Under the pieces are notes generated by a model that had not been told where the DNA came from, did no database searches, and was given only the letters and a program-made list of their open reading frames with translations. Positions 38,613 through 49,101 of a stretch of 64,000 nt of DNA are shown piece by piece. Both the position numbers and the translations under genes were made by a program. Origin of the DNA: Bacteroidales bacterium (lineage in GTDB: Bacteria; Bacteroidota; Bacteroidia; Bacteroidales; Tenuifilaceae); NCBI GenBank assembly GCA_028680705.1, contig JAQUJY010000005.1, positions 58 through 64,057 on the forward strand, in the 5' to 3' direction. The first letter of the stretch is position 1. Each line of letters begins with the position of its first letter.

Positions 38613-38641
38613 TGCTCTAAAATATTTAAATAAAAGATATT

Positions 38642-39631
38642 ATGGATATTGTTGTTAGCGGAATAAGATCAACAGGAAAATTACACCTAGGAAACTACTT
38701 TGGTGCTCTAAAAAATTTTGTAAAAATGCAGCACGAAAATAAGTGCTACTTTTTTATAGCCGATTACCATTCGCTTACAACACACCCAACTCCCGATGAT
38801 TTGCACGGATCGGTTAAGCAGGTTTTGGCCGAGTATATTGCCTGTGGTTTAGACCCAGAGGTGGCAACGCTTTATGTACAAAGCGACGTGCCAGAAATTC
38901 CAGAACTCTACCTTTTACTAAACATGAATGCCTACCTTGGTGAACTTGAGCGTTGCACATCGTTTAAAGACAAAATAAGGTCCAATCCCAACAATGTAAA
39001 TGCAGGTTTGCTTACCTACCCAACCCTTATGGCTGCCGATATTATTATTCATAAAGCGCACAAGGTTCCTGTTGGTAAGGATCAGGAGCAGCATCTTGAG
39101 ATGACGCGTACTTTTGCAAACCGATTCAATCGCCTTTATAATGTAGATTTATTTCCTGAACCTGCAGCCTATAACTTTGGTGAGCAACTTGTGAAAATCC
39201 CTGGTTTGGACGGTAGCGGTAAGATGGGTAAATCGGAAGGGAATGCCATATACTTGTCCGACAATCCTGCCACCATTCGTAAAAAGGTAATGAGGGCGGT
39301 TTCCGATAGTGGACCCACTGAGCCAAATCAGCCTAAGCCCGAGCCAATTCAGAATTTGTTTACCATAATGAACGTTGTCTCATCAGATGAAACGCACCAG
39401 TTTTATAGCGATAAGTATAACGACTGCGAAATTCGCTATGGCGACATGAAAAAACAGCTGGCTGAGGATATAATTACCTTTACTGAGCCAATTCGAGAGC
39501 GCATTGAAGCCATATTAGCCGATAATGAATATCTTAAAAAAGTGGCTAAGCATGGCGCCGAGAAGGCACGCGAAAGTGCAAGTAAAACTGTAAAAGAGGT
39601 TAGGGAGATAATAGGATTCCGACCCTTTTAA
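38642..39631 (+). CDS. trpS: Tryptophan--tRNA ligase
   Basis: GKLHLGNYFGAL (HIGH-type motif), KMGKSEGN (KMSKS motif) and YPTLMAADI. Confidence 0.95.
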   Translation: MDIVVSGIRSTGKLHLGNYFGALKNFVKMQHENKCYFFIADYHSLTTHPTPDDLHGSVKQVLAEYIACGLDPEVATLYVQSDVPEIPELYLLLNMNAYLGELERCTSFKDKIRSNPNNVNAGLLTYPTLMAADIIIHKAHKVPVGKDQEQHLEMTRTFANRFNRLYNVDLFPEPAAYNFGEQLVKIPGLDGSGKMGKSEGNAIYLSDNPATIRKKVMRAVSDSGPTEPNQPKPEPIQNLFTIMNVVSSDETHQFYSDKYNDCEIRYGDMKKQLAEDIITFTEPIRERIEAILADNEYLKKVAKHGAEKARESASKTVKEVREIIGFRPF

Positions 39632-39640
39632 TAACCAAGC

Positions 39641-40309
39641 CTAATTTTGCTCAATTGCCTCGTTTAGAAATTCAATTAGGGGTAACATCCTTTTATAGGC
39701 GCTTATAGCATAAGCCAGAAACTCATTTGATACTAACATCTGGTTGGAAACACTGTGGGTTGGGGTTATATGCTTTAACTTTAGGTAATTTGCCACAGGA
39801 GAGTCGGGGGAGAAACCTCGTGGAACCTTTTTCAGCGATTCGGAACCAATACTGGGGAACGTGTTTATAAAATCTTTGCTCTCTACTATTCCCATAAATT
39901 CTTCAGGGTATGTTTCCATATCCTTACGGATGCTATTCAATACGCTTGATGAGGGCGTATAGATGCCTCCTGAAATAAACGACCCGTTAGGTTCGAGATG
40001 GAAATAGTAACCAGCAAAGGAACTCTTTTTCCCTCCCCTAGAGATATAGGCTCCCATGTTGGTTTTGTAAGGAGTTTTGTTTGCAGAGAAGCGCATATCA
40101 CGGTAAATTCTAAAAGTACAATCCTTTGCTTCAAGTGTACCAATACTTTTATCGAAACTAGCAATGGCAGCAATGAGAGAGTTGGTAAAATCCGAAAAAT
40201 TTTGACGTGCAAATTCATACTCGCTGCGGTTATCGTTAAACCATTCGCGGGTGTTATTCTCCTTTAGGTTATTTAAGAAGTTTACCGTTTTGGGATAAAT
40301 GAATGACAT
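39641..40309 (-). CDS. DUF2461 (TIGR02453) family protein
   Basis: NNTREWFNDNRSEYE and FRIYRDMRFSANKTPYKTNMGA are characteristic of this family. Confidence 0.7.
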   Translation of the reverse strand: MSFIYPKTVNFLNNLKENNTREWFNDNRSEYEFARQNFSDFTNSLIAAIASFDKSIGTLEAKDCTFRIYRDMRFSANKTPYKTNMGAYISRGGKKSSFAGYYFHLEPNGSFISGGIYTPSSSVLNSIRKDMETYPEEFMGIVESKDFINTFPSIGSESLKKVPRGFSPDSPVANYLKLKHITPTHSVSNQMLVSNEFLAYAISAYKRMLPLIEFLNEAIEQN

Positions 40310-40316
40310 CTGCTAA

Positions 40317-42152
40317 TTACTCTACCGTTACCGATTTGGCTAGGTTTCGAGGCTGGTCTACGTTACAGCCCCTCATAAGTGCAATGTGATAGGCCAGAAG
40401 TTGTAGAGGAATAACTGCAAGCAGAGATTCTACAATTTCACTGGCTTTGGGGATTTCAATGGAGTAATCGGACATGCCCCGAATAACGGTATCGCCCTCA
40501 GTAACAATTGAGATTATAACCCCTTTTCGTGCTTTTACCTCTTGCACATTGCTAACAACTTTATCGTAACTACTATCCTGTGGGGCAATCACCACAACAG
40601 GCATCTTCTCGTCGATTAGGGCTATGGGTCCGTGCTTCATCTCGGCAGCGGGGTACCCTTCGGCATGAATGTATGAGATTTCTTTAAGCTTGAGTGCGCC
40701 CTCAAGAGCAACGGGGAAAAAGTATCCACGACCAAGGTATAGGAAGTTGGTTGATTCAATAAAAACTTGAGCAATGCTTTGAACCTTTTCGTTCGATTCA
40801 AGAATCTTTTCAATCTTATCGGGAACAGCAATCATCTCGCAAATAAGCTGTTCATAGCGTTCTTGGGTAATTACTTCACGCTTACGCCCAAGTAGCATGG
40901 CCATTAACGTTAGCACGGTTACCTGTGTTGTAAAAGCCTTGGTTGAGGCTACCCCTATTTCTGGACCTGCGTGGGTGTAAACCCCTGCATCGGTTTCGCG
41001 GGGTATGCTTGAGCCTACTACATTGCATATACCCAAAACTAGAGCACCTGCTTCGCGTGCCAGACGAATTGCAGCAAGCGTATCAGCCGTTTCGCCACTT
41101 TGGCTAATGGCAATTACGATATCATCCTTAAAAATTATGGGATTACGGTACCTAAACTCTGAGGCATATTCAACCTCCACAGGAATTCTGGCAAACTCTT
41201 CGATCAAATACTCGCCAACCAGAGCAGCGTGCCACGATGTTCCGCAGCCAATCAGAATTATTCGTTTTGCCTTAATAAGCCTTGGTAGTACTTGAAAAAG
41301 CCCACCAAGGTGTATGTTTTTGAGATCGGCAGAGATTCGTCCCCTAAAAGTATCCCTAATACTTCGGGGTTGCTCAAAAATCTCTTTGAGCATAAAATGA
41401 TCGAAGCCGTTCTTTTCAATTTCCTCAATATCCAAGTCGAGCGTTTGAATATTGGGTTTTAGGGCTTCATTCATTACGGTTTTTAGGGTAAGCTCGTTTT
41501 TATGGATTATGGCCACATCGTTATCGTTAAGGAAGATAACGCTATTTGTATACTCAATTATTGGGGTTGCATCCGAAGCAACAAAATACTCATTATCACC
41601 AACACCAATAACCAATGGGCTACCTTTGCGCGCGGCTATAAGCATGTCTGGCTCATCTTTACAGATTACCACAATACCATATGCGCCAACAACCTTTGTT
41701 AGGGCTAGCCTAACAGCAATCTCAGCAGAGATATTTCCCTTTAGGTAGATATACTCGATTAAATTGACCAGAATTTCGGTGTCGGTTTCAGAAATGAACT
41801 TGTAACCTCTGCGTTCAAGTTTCCTCTTTAGATGTACGTAGTTCTCAATTATTCCATTGTGAATTATGGTGAACTTGCCGTTCATCGACATGTGAGGATG
41901 TGCGTTGATATTGTTAGGTTCGCCATGGGTGGCCCAACGAGTATGTCCTATGCCAATTGTACCATTTACGGGGCTCTCTCCAATGTGCTTTTCAAGGTCG
42001 GCAACTTTGCCCTCCTGCTTATAAATCTTTGTTTCGCCATCTACAATGCAAATACCAGCCGAATCGTAACCTCTGTACTCAAGCCTTTTTAGCCCGTTAA
42101 TTATTACGGAATATGCCTCCCTGTTTCCATTGTAACCAACAATTCCACACAT
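40317..42152 (-). CDS. glmS: Glutamine--fructose-6-phosphate aminotransferase (isomerizing)
   Basis: MCGIVGY N-terminal nucleophile, two SIS domains, and a C-terminal KSVTVE. Confidence 0.97.
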   Translation of the reverse strand: MCGIVGYNGNREAYSVIINGLKRLEYRGYDSAGICIVDGETKIYKQEGKVADLEKHIGESPVNGTIGIGHTRWATHGEPNNINAHPHMSMNGKFTIIHNGIIENYVHLKRKLERRGYKFISETDTEILVNLIEYIYLKGNISAEIAVRLALTKVVGAYGIVVICKDEPDMLIAARKGSPLVIGVGDNEYFVASDATPIIEYTNSVIFLNDNDVAIIHKNELTLKTVMNEALKPNIQTLDLDIEEIEKNGFDHFMLKEIFEQPRSIRDTFRGRISADLKNIHLGGLFQVLPRLIKAKRIILIGCGTSWHAALVGEYLIEEFARIPVEVEYASEFRYRNPIIFKDDIVIAISQSGETADTLAAIRLAREAGALVLGICNVVGSSIPRETDAGVYTHAGPEIGVASTKAFTTQVTVLTLMAMLLGRKREVITQERYEQLICEMIAVPDKIEKILESNEKVQSIAQVFIESTNFLYLGRGYFFPVALEGALKLKEISYIHAEGYPAAEMKHGPIALIDEKMPVVVIAPQDSSYDKVVSNVQEVKARKGVIISIVTEGDTVIRGMSDYSIEIPKASEIVESLLAVIPLQLLAYHIALMRGCNVDQPRNLAKSVTVE

Positions 42153-42161
42153 AGTAATGTA

Positions 42162-43511
42162 CTAGAGTTTTGTGTACGTAATAATCAGTTTAATTCTATT
42201 GCTATGGTTTCCACTGCGCAATACTGCGCAATTTGATCTCATGTATGAATCTAGTAGTTCAACATATTCAACATATAGATTTGGGTCAGGATCAGCCTCT
42301 TTGAGTAGCGATTGTAAGTGGTATGTAATATTAAAGGAATAGTATTTTTTGCTCTTGCTGTACTTACCACCAAAGATATCTTTATTAACACGGTAATCGG
42401 TCAATACGGTTCTTTCGTTATCAACAAGTTTGTATAAGAAAAGTTGTTCAAGTAAGGTATCCTTAGGCATGTTTGCCTGCTCTTCCAACTCAAATCTGAG
42501 CTCAGCTCTATTGATAGTAACGGGCATTAAGTCAAGCCAGTTGACAACGTCTTCTAAAACAACAACACCTCTGGACAAACCCAAACCTTTTACATAGAAA
42601 ACCGAGTCTTGGGTAAGCGGATCGCTGGGATAGTTAAACTGAATACCCAGTCCAGGGTCTGCTGCATCAACATCGTGCGTAAAGTGGTTAAATCTTTTGT
42701 TTGATTCAAAATACAATGCATAATTATATTCCAATGAAACTGTATCAACCTCTTGCCCATCATTCTTGTAATAAACAACCATTTTAGTTGCTGTGCTGGC
42801 GAAATCAAAGTAGTACATTCCTTTGCCGTAGGCAGGGAGGGAGGTAATAGGTGCAACGTAAATACCATACATGTGTTTTAAAAAACTCTCCTGGCTTTCT
42901 AGTATTGTTGAATCTTCAATAGTTGGAGCAATTAACTTGTCGTAAACCCAAGTATTGCTTATCGGAATCTTAAGCATATTCTTATCGCCAGTATAATCTA
43001 ATAGGTTTTGACCAATGGGATTTGGGTTGTACATGTTGCCAAGTGGCGAAAGGGAGTTGTATAATGAATCGGTTGCAATGGAATCGGTGAGTTCATAAAT
43101 TCCAAATCTCATGGGTTCTTTACCATGTTGTCCCGAAATGCTTAGGTACAGGTAGGCCGAATCGACGGTTGGGTTGGTACCATAATACTTCTGAATGTTT
43201 GCTAGTTTTAATTGGGTAATGAAGGATGCTTGAGTTTTACCAAAAATCTCATCCCATGTTTCCCCAACAATCCCCTCAATAAAATTGAACGTATAAACGG
43301 TATCTATCCGTTGAGTATATGCCGAAACGATAAAAGTTGTATCAACTTTAACTTGATAAAAGTCATCATCCGGCAATAAATCACCCCCTAAATAATCTGG
43401 AGGCGAAATACACCTCCACATTAAAAACGTAAATAGGATGAGCAAGAAGGGGATGTTTAGGTTTGTTTTTGGTTTTTTAAGGGCTTTAAAAACCTGACTA
43501 CTTTTTGTCAT
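42162..43511 (-). CDS. DUF4270 family lipoprotein
   Basis: Signal/lipobox region FTFLMWRC. It occupies the position between the short glycogen-synthase gene and glmS, a conserved Bacteroidota arrangement as I remember it. Confidence 0.55.
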   Translation of the reverse strand: MTKSSQVFKALKKPKTNLNIPFLLILFTFLMWRCISPPDYLGGDLLPDDDFYQVKVDTTFIVSAYTQRIDTVYTFNFIEGIVGETWDEIFGKTQASFITQLKLANIQKYYGTNPTVDSAYLYLSISGQHGKEPMRFGIYELTDSIATDSLYNSLSPLGNMYNPNPIGQNLLDYTGDKNMLKIPISNTWVYDKLIAPTIEDSTILESQESFLKHMYGIYVAPITSLPAYGKGMYYFDFASTATKMVVYYKNDGQEVDTVSLEYNYALYFESNKRFNHFTHDVDAADPGLGIQFNYPSDPLTQDSVFYVKGLGLSRGVVVLEDVVNWLDLMPVTINRAELRFELEEQANMPKDTLLEQLFLYKLVDNERTVLTDYRVNKDIFGGKYSKSKKYYSFNITYHLQSLLKEADPDPNLYVEYVELLDSYMRSNCAVLRSGNHSNRIKLIITYTKL

Positions 43512-44325
43512 TGTTTGCGATGTTTAAAATCTGATCGTAAAACTGATTGGTTTCCTCAATGTAATCGTCCATTCCATGGTAACCTAGAACGGGCACCTTT
43601 AGTGTTTTAATATACTCATCCGTGTTTTTTTCTATGGTTTCGTCACCGTATACTACTCCATCGGAGAATCGAAGCGCTAGTTGCATTAGGTTTTCGTAGG
43701 AAGGTGTGCTCAGTATTTCAACATCCTTTTTGGTTATATTTTCTAATTCAAACTTTTCCCTTACCTTACTGTTAAGTGGGGTTTTAAAGGGATCGTTGTA
43801 AACCGAATAAACAACTTTTGATTTTGCAAAAACGGGATCCTCTTTGTATGTGCGTTTAACTAGAATTGGCAGAAATGAAGAGAACCAGCCGTGACAGTGG
43901 ATAATATCGGGAGCCCATCGTAACTTTTTAACGGTTTCAAGCACTCCTCTAGCAAAGAAGATTGCCCTTTCATCGTTATCGTCAAAACTCTTCCCCTTGC
44001 TGTTGGTTAGTATGCTCTTGCGGTGAAAATAATCCTCGTTGTCAATAAAGTAAACCTGCATCCGTGCACTTTGAATTGAGGCTACTTTAATGATTAAAGG
44101 ATGGTCGGTATCATCAATTACCAGGTTCATACCCGATAATCTAATTACCTCGTGCAGTTGGTTGCGCCTTTCGTTAATGCAGCCCCAGCGAGGCATAAAA
44201 GTTCTAATTTCCTTTCCCCTTTCTTGAATTCCTTGCGGGAGATTCCTCCCAATAATCGACATATTAGTCTCATCTAGGTAAGGGGTAATTTCCTGAGAGA
44301 CAAATAGTACTTTCACACTTTTCAT
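43498..44325 (-). CDS. Glycogen/starch synthase-like protein (short, N-terminal GT5 domain only)
   Basis: KVLFVSQEITPYL and HCHGWFSSFLP are GT5 N-domain motifs. At 275 aa it lacks the C-terminal half of GlgA. Confidence 0.7.
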   Translation of the reverse strand: MKSVKVLFVSQEITPYLDETNMSIIGRNLPQGIQERGKEIRTFMPRWGCINERRNQLHEVIRLSGMNLVIDDTDHPLIIKVASIQSARMQVYFIDNEDYFHRKSILTNSKGKSFDDNDERAIFFARGVLETVKKLRWAPDIIHCHGWFSSFLPILVKRTYKEDPVFAKSKVVYSVYNDPFKTPLNSKVREKFELENITKKDVEILSTPSYENLMQLALRFSDGVVYGDETIEKNTDEYIKTLKVPVLGYHGMDDYIEETNQFYDQILNIANNDKK

Positions 44326-44653
44326 ATTTTGGAAATTTCTTAAGCTTATGGTTTTATTGAGATGATTAGTAAGAGATATCCCAATGTTTTTCTATTTACA
44401 AAAGTATAAAAAAAATACCACAATTTACCATATCCCCTATGCCCTTGATTCCCATATCATTGTTAATTAGTCGTTTTTGGTATTCATGTGATTCCCTCTT
44501 TTGGCCTGTTTTAGATGTTTTTGTTGACAATCTGCTCTTTCCTATCAAGTAGCCTTTTAGTCCTTTTTAGCTGTTTCTTACCAAATTGAAAATGCTTTAT
44601 GCTATAACAGCTTTCCTTAACTAAAATTATTTGGCTAGTGTTTGGTAAAGAGT

Positions 44654-44661
44654 TACTTTTG
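44654..44661 (+). promoter_or_regulatory. Candidate -7 promoter box (TACTTTTG) for panCD
   Basis: Matches TAnnTTTG. A TTG lies 20 nt upstream (44631-44633) as a possible -33 element. The box ends 26 nt before the GTG start at 44688. Confidence 0.35.
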
Positions 44662-44687
44662 TTGGTTCAATACTATAAACTATCAAC

Positions 44688-45530
44688 GTGAAAACGGTAA
44701 CAACTACCAAGGCTCTACAAAGTGAGATTTATAAGCTTAAGGAACAGGGTTTGTCCATAGGGTTTGTCCCTACCATGGGGGCTCTCCATAAGGGACACTT
44801 AGAGCTTATGAAAACAGCCAGAACCAATAACGATATTGTTGTGGTTAGCATTTTTGTAAATCCCACCCAATTTAATAACCCAAACGATTTGCGCAATTAT
44901 CCGCGAACCCTAGAGGAGGATAAAATGAAATGCGAAAGCGTTGGGGTTGATATTGTATTTGTGCCTTCGGTTGAAGAGGTTTACCCTACACCTGATAATC
45001 GGGTTTTCGATTTTGGCAACCTCGATAAGGTAATGGAAGGGGAGCACAGGCCAGGTCATTTTAACGGTGTTGCTCAGGTTGTTAGCAAACTATTTAGTTT
45101 GGTAAAGCCCACAAGATCCTACTTTGGTCAGAAAGATTTTCAGCAGCTTGCAGTAATCAGAGCGCTTGTACATGATTTTGGTATTGATGTTGATATTGTG
45201 GCCTGCCCTACCGTTAGGGAGGACGATGGCCTAGCTATGAGTTCAAGGAATGATTTGCTATCTGCAAAGCAAAGGGCGAGTGCACCACTTATATCAAAAA
45301 CCCTTTTTGCTGCTCAAAACTTTAAGGCTCAAAAAACTGTTAAAGAAATGATAACTTGGGTTATCAAAGAGATTAATGCCGATAGTGAGATGGAAGTTGA
45401 GTATTTTGACGTATCCAATGCACAAACTCTGCAGCCTATTACCGATTGGTCAGATGCAGATGAGGTTGTAGGTTGTGTTGCTGTTCAGGTTGGTAATGTG
45501 AGATTGATTGATAATGTTATTTTTAAGTAG
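44688..45530 (+). CDS. panC: Pantoate--beta-alanine ligase
   Basis: GFVPTMGALHKGHLELM, SIFVNPTQF and GQKDFQQ motifs. GTG start. Confidence 0.93.
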   Translation: MKTVTTTKALQSEIYKLKEQGLSIGFVPTMGALHKGHLELMKTARTNNDIVVVSIFVNPTQFNNPNDLRNYPRTLEEDKMKCESVGVDIVFVPSVEEVYPTPDNRVFDFGNLDKVMEGEHRPGHFNGVAQVVSKLFSLVKPTRSYFGQKDFQQLAVIRALVHDFGIDVDIVACPTVREDDGLAMSSRNDLLSAKQRASAPLISKTLFAAQNFKAQKTVKEMITWVIKEINADSEMEVEYFDVSNAQTLQPITDWSDADEVVGCVAVQVGNVRLIDNVIFK

Positions 45531-45549
45531 TAGTTTAACTTAGCGAGAA

Positions 45550-45900
45550 ATGTTTATAGAGATAATAAAATCAAAGATTCATCAGGTGCGTGTTACCGAG
45601 TCAAATCTTTATTATGTAGGTAGCATAACTATTGATGAGGATTTAATGGATGCTGCAAACCTAATTGAGAATGAGAAGGTTCAGGTGGTAAACATCAATA
45701 ATGCAGAGCGTTTAGATACCTATGTTATTAAGGGTAAAAGAGGTTCTGGTGATATATGCCTTAATGGCCCTGCTGCTCGCAAATGCAGTATTGGAGATGT
45801 TGTTATCATTATGTCGTATGCAATGATGGATTTTGAAGAAGCTAAAAACTTTGAACCTGCAATAATTTTCCCCGATACAGAGACTAACCGATTGGTTTAA
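45550..45900 (+). CDS. panD: Aspartate 1-decarboxylase
   Basis: [27 protein letters not shown] includes the Gly-Ser self-cleavage site. Confidence 0.93.
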   Translation: MFIEIIKSKIHQVRVTESNLYYVGSITIDEDLMDAANLIENEKVQVVNINNAERLDTYVIKGKRGSGDICLNGPAARKCSIGDVVIIMSYAMMDFEEAKNFEPAIIFPDTETNRLV

Positions 45901-45928
45901 CCTGAATACTGAACCCCTAACTCTTCAC

Positions 45929-46933
45929 GTGAATAAAAAAGTTAAAAGCATACTCAACATTATCCTCTTTTTAGGGATAGCAGTTGTACTGCTATATTTT
46001 GCTTTTAGAGATGTAGATATTGATATTCTGATAAGCGGTTTTAAAAGTGCCAATTACACCTGGGTAATTGTATCGCTACTTTTGGGCCTTTCTTCGCATG
46101 TTGTAAGGGCTTTGCGTTGGCAATTGCTTATAGAAACACTTGGACACAAACCTTCTTTTGCAAATACACTTGGTGCCCTATCCATTGGGTATTCAGCCAA
46201 CTTAATTTTCCCTAGGCTAGGCGAAGTTACACGTTGTGGTTCGCTACGTAAAACGGATAAGATTCCTTTCGAATCATTATTTGGAACAGTTTTGGTTGAG
46301 CGGGCTTTCGATTTGCTAATGATGCTAATACTTGTTGTTGCTGTTTTCTTTTTACGTATCGATTTTTTTGGAGAGTTTATATATAGCAAAGCTCTTTTGC
46401 CCATTTGGGAAAAGTTTGTACTAATTCTTTCAAACTCTCCATTGTATATTGCTATTGTTTTATTGGTTTTGGTGGGTTTCGCCATAATGATTAAGCGTAG
46501 AATATTCGGACAAAAATTTCATCAAAAATTAGTAAGTCTTTGGCGTGGGCTTGTTGATGGACTAAAATCGGTGTTCACCATGAAAAAGCGATGGTCTTTT
46601 CTGGGATACACTCTACTACTTTGGGGTCTTTATTGGTTAATGACTTGGGTTCTGGTCTTTGCAACACAAGCTACAAGCGGTCTCTCCGCTATCGATGGTT
46701 TCTTTTTGCTTGTTGTAGGGACATTGGGTATGGCAGCACCCGTTCAGGGCGGATTTGGAGCATTCCATGTTATTATTGCAATGGCACTCGGAATATATGG
46801 TATTTCATGGGAAGACGGATTGGTTTATGCCGTTATCTCACACGAGTCGCAAACACTGCTTGTAGTTATTCTCGGGCTTGCATTTGCCATCTACTTCTTT
46901 TTCCGTTCACGGAAGAAGAATGCTATAGCATAA
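45929..46933 (+). CDS. UPF0104 / lysylphosphatidylglycerol-synthase-TM-domain-like (flippase-like) membrane protein
   Basis: 334 aa with about 8 TM segments. RALRWQLL and PRLGEVTRC motifs are typical of the family. Confidence 0.6.
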   Translation: MNKKVKSILNIILFLGIAVVLLYFAFRDVDIDILISGFKSANYTWVIVSLLLGLSSHVVRALRWQLLIETLGHKPSFANTLGALSIGYSANLIFPRLGEVTRCGSLRKTDKIPFESLFGTVLVERAFDLLMMLILVVAVFFLRIDFFGEFIYSKALLPIWEKFVLILSNSPLYIAIVLLVLVGFAIMIKRRIFGQKFHQKLVSLWRGLVDGLKSVFTMKKRWSFLGYTLLLWGLYWLMTWVLVFATQATSGLSAIDGFFLLVVGTLGMAAPVQGGFGAFHVIIAMALGIYGISWEDGLVYAVISHESQTLLVVILGLAFAIYFFFRSRKKNAIA

Positions 46934-47035
46934 CGTTTTACTAGGCTATCCAATTTCTTCAATGTTTTGTAAAAAGCATTCCTTTATTTTCACCATATTT
47001 GTTGAGTGTAAATTTATTATAAAATTATTTGCTGT

Positions 47036-48403
47036 ATGGCAAAAGTTAAAAGCAGCTACGTTTGCCAAAATTGTGGTGCTGAATCGGTAAAATGGGTGGG
47101 TCGTTGCCCCTCGTGCGGAGAGTGGAACACCTATGTTGAGGAGCGTGTTAGCCAGAGTAAACCGCGCAGTGGCTTGGTTGAGGTATCGCGAAGTGCAGTC
47201 CCAAAGCCTTTAAGAGAAATTGAGTCGAGCAACGAAAAACGGCTCAATACTGGTATTGAGGAGCTAAACCGAATCCTTGGCGGTGGCTTAGTTCCTGGGT
47301 CATTGGTATTGCTTGGTGGCGAGCCAGGGATAGGAAAGTCAACGTTGGCTTTGCAACTTGCCCTAAAGCTGAATAAACTAAAAGTACTTTATGTTTCGGG
47401 CGAGGAGAGCGCAAGGCAGGTTAAAATTCGTGCCGATAGGCTTAGCGATGGCGAGTCGAACTGTTTAATTCTGAACGAAACATTACTCGATAACATCTTA
47501 ACCCAATCGCAGAACATAACTCCAGATTTGCTTGTTATCGACTCAATACAAACATTATATTCCGATACCCTTGACTCCTCTCCAGGGTCTGTTTCGCAGG
47601 TACGCGAGTGTGCTGTAGCTCTTTTACGGTATGCAAAAACTACTGGTGTTCCCATTGTTATGATTGGACACATTACCAAGGATGGAGGTATTGCTGGTCC
47701 TAAGGTGCTTGAGCATATTGTGGATGTGGTGCTTCAATTTGAGGGCGATAGCAACTATCTGTACCGTATTTTAAGGTCGATAAAGAACAGGTTTGGCTCA
47801 ACCTCGGAGTTGGGAATATTTGAGATGCAGTCGAAAGGGCTGATAGAGGTTTCCAATCCTTCGGAGATATTGCTTTCGCATCGCGAGGAGGAGTTGAGCG
47901 GAGTTGCCATATCTGCATCGATGGACGGTAATCGTTCTTTCCTTATCGAAACGCAAGCACTTGTTAGCACGGCAGCATATGGTACTCCCCAGCGGTCATC
48001 AACAGGATACGACACTCGTCGCTTAAATATGTTATTGGCGGTAATGGAAAAAAGGGCTGGATTTAGGCTAGCCACCAAGGATGTTTTCCTAAACCTTGCG
48101 GGTGGATTAAGGGTAACGGACCCTGCAATGGATTTGGCCGTTGTGGCAGCCGTCTTATCTTCCAATTTCGATTTAACCATTCCGAGCCTTTACTGCTTTG
48201 CTGCAGAGGTTGGTCTTTCGGGTGAGATAAGGCAGGTTAGTAGGGTTGACCAGCGAATAGCCGAAGCCGCAAAACTGGGCTTTAAGAAGATCTTTATTTC
48301 GAAATACAGCCTAAAGGATCAACAAAAATTATTTAAAGATATTGAGTTGGTTAGCGTTTCGAAGATTGAAGAGTTGGTGAAGAAACTGTTTGGGAAAGGG
48401 TAG
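47036..48403 (+). CDS. radA: DNA repair protein RadA
   Basis: Zn finger CQNCGAESVKWVGRCPSCGEWN, Walker A GEPGIGKST, KNRFG motif, and a Lon-like C-terminal domain. Confidence 0.95.
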   Translation: MAKVKSSYVCQNCGAESVKWVGRCPSCGEWNTYVEERVSQSKPRSGLVEVSRSAVPKPLREIESSNEKRLNTGIEELNRILGGGLVPGSLVLLGGEPGIGKSTLALQLALKLNKLKVLYVSGEESARQVKIRADRLSDGESNCLILNETLLDNILTQSQNITPDLLVIDSIQTLYSDTLDSSPGSVSQVRECAVALLRYAKTTGVPIVMIGHITKDGGIAGPKVLEHIVDVVLQFEGDSNYLYRILRSIKNRFGSTSELGIFEMQSKGLIEVSNPSEILLSHREEELSGVAISASMDGNRSFLIETQALVSTAAYGTPQRSSTGYDTRRLNMLLAVMEKRAGFRLATKDVFLNLAGGLRVTDPAMDLAVVAAVLSSNFDLTIPSLYCFAAEVGLSGEIRQVSRVDQRIAEAAKLGFKKIFISKYSLKDQQKLFKDIELVSVSKIEELVKKLFGKG

Positions 48404-48657
48404 GGCATTAAAAAATATTCTTCTAAAAGATTAAGCCTATTCATCTTTTAACTCTAAAAAATAATGTAACTTTATGGATGACTGTAAACTAAAAGTGAAG
48501 TAGAGGACTATTCCTTTTACTACAGAATATTCAAATTAAAGGGTACAACGATTAGGGTTAAATCACCTACTATCAAAGAGAAAAGTAACAATAGTTAGCC
48601 GTTTCTCGAAACGACTTTTTTTAAACATCATATTATTTATTTTAACAAATACTACAC

Positions 48658-49101
48658 ATGAAAAAGATACTTAGTATCGTTTTAATTACTTTTATGGGTA
48701 CAGCTCTTTTTGCCCAGGATGCCAATAAAATTGTGGGCGTTTGGATAACTCAGGATAACGATGGTAAGGTTTCGATAGCCCAGGATTCAGAAGGAAAATA
48801 TAATGGCACTGTTGTTTGGATGAAAGACTCTTTAGATGTTCATGGTAAACCTGTTCTTGATAGTAAAAACTCTGATAAAAAGCTACGGGATCGTCCCGTT
48901 GTGGGGATTAATTTACTTGAAGGGTTTAAGTATGATGAGTCTTGTAGCAAATGGGTCGATGGGAGAATTTACGACCCTAAATCGGGCAAAACTTATAAGA
49001 GCCTAGTGCGGCTCGATGAAGATCCCAATAAACTCTTAGTTAAGGGTTTTGTTGGACTCTCATTTATTGGTCGTGAAGTAGTTTGGATACGTGAGAAATA
49101 G
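48658..49101 (+). CDS. DUF2147 domain protein (secreted)
   Basis: Signal peptide. GVWITQDNDGKVSI and GRIYDPKSGKTYKS are DUF2147 motifs. Confidence 0.7.
   Translation: MKKILSIVLITFMGTALFAQDANKIVGVWITQDNDGKVSIAQDSEGKYNGTVVWMKDSLDVHGKPVLDSKNSDKKLRDRPVVGINLLEGFKYDESCSKWVDGRIYDPKSGKTYKSLVRLDEDPNKLLVKGFVGLSFIGREVVWIREK

Noticed and set aside
43498-44325. Half-length glycogen synthase as a possible truncated pseudogene
   Set aside because: The ORF is intact and tightly linked to the DUF4270 gene and glmS. From memory, this short form is the conserved Bacteroidota arrangement, so it is probably a genuine short protein and not a truncation.
48600-48622. Hairpin CGTTT-CTCG-AAACG followed by a T-run, 200 nt after radA
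   Set aside because: The stem is only 5 bp, so it is weak as a terminator. The 254-bp radA/DUF2147 spacer shows no other RNA-like structure that I can identify by eye. I did not call it as a feature.
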